In this document: positions 42,701 through 54,700 of the stretch, one piece after another | Layout: every line of letters starts with the position of its first letter | How positions within the stretch are numbered: the stretch's first letter is position 1 | The notes under the pieces: generated by a model | What the model saw: the letters and a program-made list of their open reading frames with translations, nothing else | Database searches by the model: none | Told to the model about the DNA's origin: nothing | Translations under genes and position numbers: made by a program | NCBI GenBank assembly: GCA_964106645.2 | Contig: OZ067038.1 | DNA: 64,000 nt | Source of the DNA: Podarcis pityusensis | Taxonomy: Eukaryota | Direction: 5' to 3' (one strand)

Positions 42701-45700
42701 AATAATAATAATTTTAATTTTTATCATCTACAATACTGTCTTATTTATTTTATAGAACAGTACATTGATGATTGCTTTCATTTTATGGATCAATAGTCTC
42801 GTGAGATAGTAAAATTCATGTTAAATTGCTGTTTTAGGGGTTGTTTTTAAAAGTTTGGAACGGATTAATCCATTTTGCATGACTTTCTATGGGAAAGCGT
42901 GCCTTGGTTTTGGAACGCTTTGGTTTTGGAACGGACTTCCGGAAAGGATTAAGTTTGAGAACCAAGGCACCCCTGTAAGATTTCTATCATCTGAGATGAA
43001 TGAAAATTTAATATGGGAAACAGTGGGAACACATGGGGAAAGCCACAGGATGTAATGAACCTTTAAAAAGGAGGAGACCACAAAATCTACAAGTGTCCTA
43101 TCAGCCCTTAATACATTTCTAAACAACGTTAAGTTGGGTTTGGGATTTTGCTTTTAAGGAAATCACACATTCCTCAGCAAGTAAATCTGCTGGTCAAGGG
43201 GAAACTGACTAGAAGTCATAAGCATAGCAGGCAGGCTTCTTACCTCAAACGCCTTCTACTTAAATTGCATTCAGGATTTCAAATCGCCCTCTTTTAAAAT
43301 GAAAGTTACTGATCTCATACCTATGAAGTGCGTTTAAGAATCGGTTCTACAGCGGAGGACTATAAAATTGACACATCAGATTACAAGAGGCGAAACTGAA
43401 TGGACTGGAAGAGGTAAGTGGAAAGGAAGCACACACCCAAAGTATTTGGTTCAGTAAATCTAAATGGAGCAACACATGCAGAGAGTTGATTCGACTACAG
43501 GCAGAGATCAAGGAAGTGAACTTTGAAGTATTAAAGTAAGAGAGCTTTCAGAAGACGCAGAGGAAGATCAGGAATGTCTGTAGCCTGAATACAGGAGAAG
43601 AGAACCCAATTCCCGCCAGTGGCATAAAGGAGAAAAAAGATAGTTTCTTGTGAAGTTAACAATGTTAAGGATAAAAGTAGACACTGCTAGCAAATAAATG
43701 GGAAGTATCACTGACATTTGGGTTTAGAGGTCAAAGCCTTTAACAAAATCCATTCAGAAGAAGTAAGAAGAGACCTCAAGATTTAAGTGTACGTTTGAAG
43801 GAAAGGAAAATGCATAAATTGAGTTTGGATGTAAAGACACAAGCCATGGTTTGGGCATCAGGGCTGAACGTTGGGCTCACACATTCCCTTCTCCCCATAG
43901 GAACACTGAATTTATTCCCACAATGAATGGTTTAGGTTTGCCATTGTTTCCAGGTCAGGCAAACTATAGTTTGTGCAAACCATGTATTACCTCCAAACCA
44001 AACTAGAATTTCATTTCAAATTCTGCCTTCCACCTCTGGTTTCGGGTAGACAATGGTTTCCCCAAACTGTACCTTACTCGGTTTGGATGTAATAGCAAAC
44101 CATGGTTTCCCCAGATGCGGATTAGACAGTAGCGTAACCCATTAAATCAATGGACTTAAGTTAGTAATGTCCATTCGTTTAAATGGGTCTACTCAAGAGG
44201 ATGATTTCGTGTGATACAGTCCGTGAGAGCAGAGAAGGAAGCCTAAGGCTCAGCCCTGAGCACCAAGCCACGGTTTAGCAACCACATCCAAACTGGGCCA
44301 AAAAAGTTGACCGTAGTGCAAGCAACAGAGAATGTCCAAGAATTATTGCAAATTTAGAAGGATTCACCATTACATGCACTACCTAAAAAAACCAAGGGAA
44401 TAAAATTTGTATTTTGTGTGTTCTCCTTTGTTCTTCTCTTTCTTCTCACTGTATTGGAAAGAAAGAATAAATGTCTAATTAATATTGAAATCCAAGCATG
44501 ATGGCATTTAAAATGCTTTTCATCAAGTATCAAAGGATTAAATCCAGGGAAAAGTAAAAAAAAAAAATGCTCTCATTTATTAAAAGAGGAGAAAGTGTGT
44601 TCTTCTCTTGCAGGTAACAAACACATCTTAAAAAGAAATTAAGAACTGTGGGGAACGAAACTTGGAAAAGTTTGTGTCACATCTACACAGAGAAAACAAA
44701 AGTTATCTTTTTTTAAAAGCAGAAGGATATAAGAAAGATGGTATTGGGAGATATATCATCTAGAAATTTTATTATTATAGAAAAATGACACCTGGATGTG
44801 TATATGGGCCCAACATCACTCCAAAAGATTTCTTTAAAATGTGGAAAACTTGGGCAGATTTTCCTGAAAGCAATCAGAAAAAATAAAGAGGGCCTCTTTA
44901 CTTACTAAAGTTTACCACCTCCTTTTACATAAGATTAGGAAAATTTCAAACGCTTAATATTTGGCAGTATTTTAATCCAACAAACGGCTAGATATTATTA
45001 TTTTCTTACTGCCACATTAAAGAATATACTATTTTGCAACATCAAGTGTACATATATTTAACATCAGGTAAATTTTTCTATACCTCTCAAGAAACTAATG
45101 AGAAACTAAGTACACAAGAAAGTTGCATGCAGTTAAATAAGTTTTTTAAAAAATCAATGTTAAGACTATTATTTCAGAGAAATTTTTAACAATGAACTAA
45201 CTACACCGACAGGTGGAAGTTCAATAGTGTGGTCATGTTAAACATGTGACAATATTATGGGGGGGGGGGATCTTTTAGATCTCGAAAATCCAAGATCTCA
45301 AAGAGTTAAATGGGGAGAGCAGTCTCTGAAGTTCACCATTACAAACTAGAACAAACTTGTCTTCCAAACGGGGTAAATAATAAATCATGCCATCCCCACG
45401 TTCTCTGGTTTTGGATTTAACATGTGATTCTGTTAAGATTCTGCACATGCAGTCGACATGGAGCATGCTTGATGACTAAGGAAGGCGTATAACGTGCAAA
45501 ATTCCTGTACTGTTAAACACAAAAAACTCTTACTGGATTGCTATGAATCATGTGATCTCTGAAGCAGTTTTTTGTCTGGTGCCTATGTTTGGTATGTGGG
45601 TCTATTTACTCAATTTTACTTGCAAACATTTTACACAATTGCTGCCTCCTATTCATATCTAAGATCTTCTTCTGATCCCAGGTAAATCTGGACAGTGTTT

Positions 45701-48700
45701 CCAGGGTGGCAGCTGAACTTTCAAAAGGATCTTTGTCTAGTGTTGGGAACTGCCATTCCTGGGGACAATGCAACAAATGCCCTTGCGTGTGACGCTTTTA
45801 GCACACCTATGCAAACATTATGAGCCAGGGGGTGTTTCCCTCCCAAAAAAATACACTTGTTGAAAAGCTCAGAATTTCCTAGTCAAATCTAACACAAGCA
45901 AAGGGAAGTTCACCATCACCAAAGCCAATAATTAAATGTTTTTAAAAGTGTTATCAGATGGAATTTTTCAAACTTTTCCGAAGCAAAAAGAATAAACCAT
46001 GCAGATCAGCAACTTTCCGACGAGTTAAAAAAACAAGACCAAAAATCCACAACACACCACTAAGAAACAGTATTTGAAAACCTGTTCAAAACCAAGGTGA
46101 GAGCCCAGTAGAAAAGGCAACTTTTGTTTTGTTTTTTGCTTTTGTATAATATTTTAAGAAATATTGTTTAGAACCAGATTTCAGCATTTGGGGATCAGTT
46201 GAAAACCCCTAGTTGTTCTCAATGCACGATAATAACTTTTGAAGCCACCAGTTATAAAAGATGAAATCAATTTAGCTATTTTGAAATTTAAAGTGGTAAA
46301 TCTCTAAGATTGGCTGGACTTTCATCCAAACTGTATATAGCCTGCTTGACTGTTTTATTCAATCCTTTAACCAATAGTATAATTAAAGTTACAAGGACAG
46401 GCATCTTACCTGTTAGCATGGGAAGGAACACAGATTTATAACTGGAGAAAACCGTACCACACCAGACTTACGTTGTTCGAGATCTGTGCATCAGGTTTTC
46501 AAAGTTATGGACATCTTGACAGCTGAATTAAAACTCTTAAATATATTCATGGATGTCAAACAGACTTTACTAAGTGACAAAATATAACAGGTGTGATTGC
46601 AAACTTTAAATGTAACCTGTAGTATTGCTACAGAATTGTGTGAAAAGGTCTAACTGAACTATGAAATATCAAATTTATTTTGCTGCAAGAATCTGTGAAA
46701 TAAAATGAATGACTGGATGACTGTCTTTAAAAAGTGGCAAAAAGCAGAAATGTTTTAACTGAATGTTGATGTTTAACTTGGAAATAATGCCCAAATCTTT
46801 GTTTTAATTCACTATTGAAGTATAATGATTCTGTACTACCATGTTTGTTTCTTCACACTAGTGTGGTTTTTGTAATCTGGGTTTTGTTGACAAATATGAA
46901 ATGGAAAATGGGACACGGATGGTGCTGTGGTCTAAACCACTGAGCCCCTTGGGCTTGCCAATCAAAAGGTCAGCGGTTCAAATCCCCGCGACGGGGTGAG
47001 CTCCCGTTGGCTCCTGCCAACCTAGCAGTTTGAAAGCACGTCAAAGTGCAAGTAGATAAATAGGTACCACTCCAGCGGGAAGGTAAATGGCATTTCCGTG
47101 CGCTGCTCTGGTTCGCCAGAAGCGGTTTAGTCATGCTGGCCACATGATCTGAAAAAACTGTCTGCAGAGCGGACAAATGCCAGCTCCCTCGGCTCATCTC
47201 AGCAAGATGAGCGCCGCAACCCCAGAGTCGTCCGCGACTGGACTTAACTGTCAGGGGTCCCTTTACCTTTATGAAACGAAAGCCTTCCAAACTACTCAGT
47301 TTTTAACCAGTTGCCCAGTCCACATAGGTATCTGTGCTAAGACATCTAGAATAACTGTTTGTGCAATATTGGTCTGCAGCTGGATGTTTCAGGGATGGAA
47401 AAAATTAATAAACCTTGCATCCGCTAACTTCAGAGAATCAGCTGAAACGTGAGTACCGCATATCGACTCAAAAATAATGCTCACTAACCACAATTGTCAG
47501 GTACAAGGATTAAATCAGACTTGAAATAATACACTCCAGGGATAAAAATGAATTTAGTGTGAAGATGATCCAGTGAAGTACTATGCTGAGTATCTGTTAG
47601 CTCAGTCGGTAGAGCATGAGGCTCTTAATCTCAGGGTTGTGGGTTCAAGCCCCATGTTGGGCAAGATATTCCTACATTGCAAGGGGTTGGACTGGATGAC
47701 CCTTGGGGTCCCTTTCTTCTTTTCTGCAAGGCACAAAGTTGGCTTCGCAGTACTAACAGCCACAACAAACTTGTAAAATACCGAGCAAATGTGGCAATAT
47801 TGCTCAAAAATGGGGCAGGAATATTGGGAAGCAACCTCTATTCTCAGGTGCAGATATAGAGACCAGAAATAAAAATAGATGTTGCATGACAAGCCGAGGA
47901 TTACCTAGCTTAGTATGCCGTAAATCTACATTCAAGTTAAGCTGGAGTACTAGGATTTGAGATGATTTAATGCTGTTTGGACTTTAGTTTCTCCTGCTTG
48001 TACCTTACATATGACTTTGATAATAATTAACCTTAAATAAGGATAGTGAGCTTTCGGCATCCTCCTAAGGAAGCTAGCATGAAAGGAGGACTAGACAGGA
48101 ACACCTGACAAGCGTCTTTATTACTTGAAGTATACACAGCTTGTGGACCAGATCCGGGGACAGAGGGGATCTGCATGACAAAGCTGTTCCCATCATTTAA
48201 AGGAAGAGGGAAGCCTGTGGATTTGGGATCACCCCAACCACAGAGATCAATCCACTTGGTTCTTATATTCTGGTTCTTTATACAGATCTACTAGCACCCA
48301 AACAGTGACAAGTTGAGTTTTGTTTACCTAACAAGTTTCGCAGGACATTTTCAACCACCAAATCTACAAATACTTCAAATAATGGTACAGTGAATTCCTC
48401 ACTGCAGAGAATACGACTCACCTAGCAAACTGCGTTTCCCCTCTACTGATTTTGGATCCCCTATAGATGGGACACAAATTTTGAATTCTACTTTTTTGTA
48501 TATGATAATCTGATGCTTACTGGGAAGAGACTTTAGATTTTTATTTCAGATAAACTGCTCGTTATTAAAACCGCACACAGAGGTTTTAATGTTGCTCAGT
48601 AAAATAATTAAAATAAACATGACCAAGCACACACTGCGTGTCATATGTTATAGCACAATCCTATACAGTCGTACCTTGGTTGTTGAACACCCTGGAATTC

Positions 48701-51700
48701 GAACGTTTTGGCTCCCAAACGCCGCAAACCCGGAAGTGAGTGTTCCGGTTTGCGAACCTTCTTTTGGAACCTGAATGTCCGACAATGTTTCTGCGGCTTC
48801 TGTTTGGCTGCAGGAGCTTCATGCAGCCAATCAGAAGCTGCATTCGGTTTTCAAAAGTTTTGGAAGTCGAATGGACTTCTGGAACAGATTCTGTTCGACT
48901 TCCAAGGTACAACTATACATGTTTACTCAGCAATATGTCCTACAGACTTCAGCGGGGCTTATTCCCTAGTAAGTGGGTATAGAATTGGAATCTCAATGGC
49001 ATGTACAGTGGTACCTCTGGTTACGAACTTAATTCATTCCTGAGGTCCATTCTTAAGCTGAAACAGTTCTTATCCTGAGGGCAAAGTTTGCAACCAGGAG
49101 CAGCTACTTCCAGGTTACCAGAAGTGTTTGTAACCAGAGGTACCACTGTATTATCAAGACCTGGGGGGAAACCACAAACAACAGTATTTCCAAGAAGTGT
49201 GCATGTTTTTTTGCCTTCCTTGTATTTCCCTGCCATTTCCCTTTTCTCTTTGGCTTCCATTCCATTCTATACATTTTGCATTATTAGTAGTTAGTCACAC
49301 TAACCAAATCTATAAAGATGCAGCAAGGTGCACAAGATTAAACCAGTGAGACTGTGAGAAACCAGTCATTTTTTAATGCAGTTAGCTGTGTCTAACTGTG
49401 GCCAATGATTTCAGTGAACTAATTTTTTTTTAAATTCTCAATTGGCGTCTACAGTCACAATCCACATAATTATGTGCACGCATGTGCATGCACAAAGGCA
49501 GAAAAGCTTCTTGAAAATGATTTTGCACAGCAACCCTACCTGCCAAAAAGGCAATTTTTTTGGCTGTTGGGAGTTCATCTGTGTGATCAGTTCTTGCCTA
49601 CACAAGCATACAGCTTGTAAAGGATATAACATAAGGTATTAGACTAATTAGACTCTTGTTTAAGCTCAAAACTGTATGACCTAGTCAGTAAGCATCATTA
49701 TATACGTTACATAATCCAAAGTGCCCAGTGCATGAATGTATGGCATTTCTGATAATTTGCAGGGAGGGGTGAGAATCACCTATTTTTGCCAACTGGTCCT
49801 AACTAGCCTTTCACCCACCACCACCCCAAACCAAAGATTTTTCAAACAGTCAGGAGTGCTTCTTCAGTTAGAACAATGTTCTACATCAGAAATGTGGGTG
49901 GTAGCAGCAAATACGGCATGCCGCCGTTTGGATTCAAGCCAACATGTTCACAAAACATAAAATGTTCACAAAACATAAAATGTTGGATTCAAGCCAACAT
50001 GTTCACAAAACAAAAAATATAATGTTGTTCTAACAAAAATTGCAGGACTAGACAACAAACAAGAGCTGTTATGCAAAAAAGTTAAAATTACAACTTTAAA
50101 ATGGAACTAAAAGCTGGCTAGAGCTTATACTGAACTCTCAATACTTCAAATTTATACAGAATGCTATTTTGATTTAAATACAGGAGATTACGGAAAGTGT
50201 TTTTTATTCCTAGTTTCAAATCATGGATCTAGTTGCTATTGAAAAGGAACAAAAAAATACAAACTGAGCAGCTCAAAATAAAATTTATTATAATACAAAA
50301 GTGTATGTGCGGGAGATACATAAATAGCATACAATGCAAATGAAAAAAATGGGACACATGACATATCACTTCAACTGAAGCAAAAGCATACAACACATGC
50401 CAAAGCAAAATCTAAATGCATTTACATTTCCAAAGGAGCATTAATGATGCCAACAAAAAAGGAAAAGGGAAAAGAAATACGACAAGTAAAATGCTTGAAT
50501 ATCAAGAACTGTTATTGCCGTGAACACAAATGTACATTATGCTTTATTAAGAATATTTAGACAAAAGCATGCTAATATTCTATCAGCTTTTAATAACATA
50601 TTAATGGTCTTGCTCATCTGACAAATTCCCCACTGGAATGTAGCCACTGCTCTGTTCAACCAGACCCACTAATAAGTTCACATCCTTTTTCTTAAGGTCA
50701 TATAGAGCATTTTCATACACGAGGTGTTTCAGATGGTGTTGAACTTGAATGCAAAACCTACATTCGCCAGAATGTTCATTCATATTACATTTTCTTTTGC
50801 AGAGATGCTCACATGGCTGGTTTTGTTTCACTTTCTGTGAAGGCTGGGCTTGTCGTTACATACAAATCAGAAATAAATTTCAAATAATGAACGCTGGTCA
50901 AAGCAAAGCAGCTGGTTTAGCCAGCCAGAGTGAAAAAAATTTAAATCAAGGTCTCCATTTCATACTTTATGACAAGCCAGGATTAATAGAAAGTGAAATC
51001 AAATGCTGTTGAGGAGAACACACAAACCTGAGGCTTGAGCTTGTATCAGCTCATGCACATAGAAGTGAGGCATGTCTGAAAGGTTTTGGACAGTTGAGGT
51101 TGCTCATTCATATTGGTCCAGGCATTACGGATTGCATCCAAAGAAGTCATCTCTTTTGCACAAGTCCCTTCTCTCTTCCTATGTCATTTCCCCCCACCCC
51201 TCCAAACTCTGGAGTATTGCAGAGAGGAGAGGGAGGGGAACTTTCATTGCACAAGCAGAAATTATTGCACGGACAGGGCAACTTAGTGGAGTACAACCAT
51301 AAGTTAGTAAAGGAAAGAGTTTGAATTGCTTTCAACTTAAACGCATTGAACCAATTATAGGGGCATGCGAAGGACACCAAAAGGACGCCAAAGACCAGCA
51401 AATATTTTGTAATTAACTGAAGCCAACAGCCCAGACAAGTCGTAACAGCACTGATGGGTCAGGGAAGTGTTACCTCCATCACAAAGTGTACTTCAAAGAA
51501 GCTGAAACCCATTCTCTGAGCATCACTTTCCATAGCACATAAATTAATGTTTTAATGGTCTCCCATGAGCCATCCTCCAGGCTAAACCTTGTGTAGGCTC
51601 AACGTTCTGAAAGTGTGAGGCCAATATCCCCAAGGAAACACGGGGAGAAAAATATGCACAGGAGTGGAGGATACACAGGCTAACACAAGTCCATGCTTCA

Positions 51701-54700
51701 TCCTCTCTCCTCAGGAAGCATGCAGTGCCACAGAAATTTAAAGAGGACAAAATTGTTATTATTATTAATTGCCACTCTCCGTTTTAGGGCAAGCCATCAC
51801 AAGGCAGCTTATAACAGATGTGTAAACATAGAACAGTTGAATGCAAAAAAACCAACAACCCCATAACTAAACAGCAGAAAATAAAATTATAGGCAGCCAG
51901 CAATATAGGGGGCAATCAAGAAGCCCAGCAGTATAAAAACCACCATCAGAGTTTGCTTAAAGGCCTCAAGGGAAGGGGCCAAGCAGAATTCTCAGGAAAG
52001 GGAATTCTTTGAATACGGGGGCCGCTACTGACAAGGCCTTGTCCCTGATACTCACTGACCTTGATCAGCCTTAGTGGTAGGCCAGGAAGCAGGACCTGTG
52101 AGATCAATCTTAGGACCCAGGGAGATTCATATAAGATATAGGAGGTCCTTCAAATAACATTTAAACTAAGCCTCAAAAGAAATGGATAACCAATGTAAAA
52201 TTGGTATAATGAACCGCCTAGCCCCTACAAGCGTTCTAGTGGCTGAATTTTGCACCAGTTGAAGATACCAGATTGTCTTCAACAGGCCACCCTACCAATA
52301 GGACTGTGACAAGCTTGCACCGTAACACCTTCCAGTCCAAATACAATTATTCAGGTCATCCCAATCACAACAATACAGGAGACTCTGAGTGCCACATTCC
52401 ACTCTCCCAACAGTTGTGCTGATTTATCATCCCAGACCCCATAGAATTTTTGCATGCTTTTTGGTTTTGGTTTATTTCATCTCCTGTACTCTTCTTTTTA
52501 AAGCTTTAAGAGCACATCCCTGGCTTAGTGCATGGTCCTCAGGTTCATCAGACACCGCCCACATCTCCCATACAATAAAGACACCCATGTTTGTCTGAGG
52601 GGTTGTTTGGATATTTTCCTTCCTTGGGATCAACTGGTGGTGGGTCTTCAGATTGCAACTCTCTCCTCTTTTAGAGAAGATTTCATGTTCAGAAAAATGC
52701 AGGGGCCTCCTAATTCATTTGGGAGGATGGCAGATACACAAAACACCCATCCCTTAATTACAGATGCCGCCTCACTCCCTTGCCCTCCATTCCCCCTCAA
52801 AGGTTTGAATGTCCCTTAACTAGGACAGGGATGGCATTATTTCACTCTTGTGTGATTCACCAACATGTTTCAAACTCACAAAGACAGACTTCATACTCCA
52901 GATCTCCTAGCAGTTTAGGAATAATCAATGTGCATTAAAAAGTTAGCCAGTGATTACAGTGAGAAGTACCGTACAAAATCAGACTCACATCCACTTAATC
53001 CAGCATTCTTTTCAGGAATCCCAGTAGCCCAAAGGCGCTAAGTGGTACACAAGTGGATCATGGTCTACTTTCTTCATGGCTGGTTCTAGATCAAAGATGT
53101 AGGTTGCTTCCACACTAACCCTTTCCTCTGGGGTGGACGTCTCTTGTTCATTCAATTTTTGCAAGGAATCGGCACAACGCTGTTAAATCATTGCAATCTA
53201 GTGTTTTGTGTTATCCTTCTGTGCTTTTCCCAGACCTGATTTGTTGTGGGGGTTTTGCTGTAAAATGCAATTGCAGCAACATCCTGTCAGTTGTGTACGA
53301 GCAATTCACTATTAGGACTTCTTAGGGGAACTGTACCTTTCACGTGAAAGCTTCCTGTTTGCAGGTTCAGACTGTTTTATTGCTTCCCCAAGTCAGCACG
53401 TAGGGATGAACTGCCCTTTATTTAATCCCCCCCCCCCCTTTTAAGGGAGAGGTAGTGCTGGATACCTAATCTCCTCTCAGGACCATTGTTGTACTTACTG
53501 GGAGGGAGAGGTGGTGGTGAGGTTAGTGTTTTCAGATACATTGCCAGAACCAATCCTGTACTGGAACTGGTGCACTCACAAAGTGCTGACCCCTGACCCC
53601 CTCTCTTTTCACAGAAAGCGCAGCAATGTCACTGACTGCACTTCTGTCCCCCACAAAAGGGAGTGAGGGAGGAAAGAGGTGTTGCTTTCCATTATTACTT
53701 TTAATCCCCTCTTTTATTTCATTATAGTGAAGCAGCACAGACTTAAATTGACACACGCCAGGAACAGAAGCTGACTAAATAAAGGGTAATTCATCACCGC
53801 TCTTCCAGCCACAAGGATCACAGAAGCAATGAAGCAGGTTGAGCTTCTGAACAGGAAGCTTTTAATTAACATTAGAAAGGGCATTTGTTGAATGTAAATT
53901 TCCTGTGAGCAGACATTCTAAGAAGATATTGGTCAAGGGGAAACAGGGTTGCTAATTACATAGGAAGCTGACTTATATGAAGTCAGACCACCAGCTCATC
54001 CACCTCACTACAACCAAACCTCTCTAGGAGTTTCATACAAAAGCTCCAGATCTACTTGGAGGTGCCAGGATCTGCATGTAAAAATGTGCAGACTACCACA
54101 AAGTTCCTTCCCCTTGCTATGTTAAAACTGGAGGTTCTGAAAAGCATTTAATACCACTTTCAGCGAACGGCAGAAAAGCAATGCCTCTGTGTGTTAAAGG
54201 GCTCTCAAATGTGAAACGCTTTCTTTCTTATTGCACCTATTGTTATTTATTTCTGGCAGAATCTAGAGTAATATATATTTTATAATATCTATGGAGTGTG
54301 TGTCTCTCAACCATTGGTTCTATCATTTTTCAGAAATCAAAGGCACAACGCAAGCATGGTTTCCTAATATGCTGCTATTAGAAGATTAACTTGAACTTAT
54401 TAATACTATTCTATACTTTGGTATATTTCAATATTCAATAGATTTAAGAGTTGTTTAAACTAGGTTTCTACATATTGTTACATAACGACTGAAACAAAGA
54501 ATCCTATCACCTCCATTCATTTTCAGCCTTTTCCAATGTTGCACAAGTTGAATGAATGACTTTGCATATATTTGCTTGAACTGAAAGCAAATGAACCTGC
54601 TTCCAAATGTTTAGGATTAAGATACTAAAAGACAGAGAGAGAGAAAAATCTAACGGAGGATTTGTTTAACAGTCTGTTAAAATCTAAGCAAATTGTGACA

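Noticed and set aside
45540-45680. Intronic C/D-box snoRNA
   Set aside because: Only scattered TGA/CTGA words, with no consensus C box, terminal stem or recognisable guide.
47592-47665. Functional tRNA-Lys gene (also 61560-61630)
   Set aside because: The 5' acceptor stem is missing or mismatched, there is no T-run terminator, and it runs into a LINE-derived tail shared by several copies.
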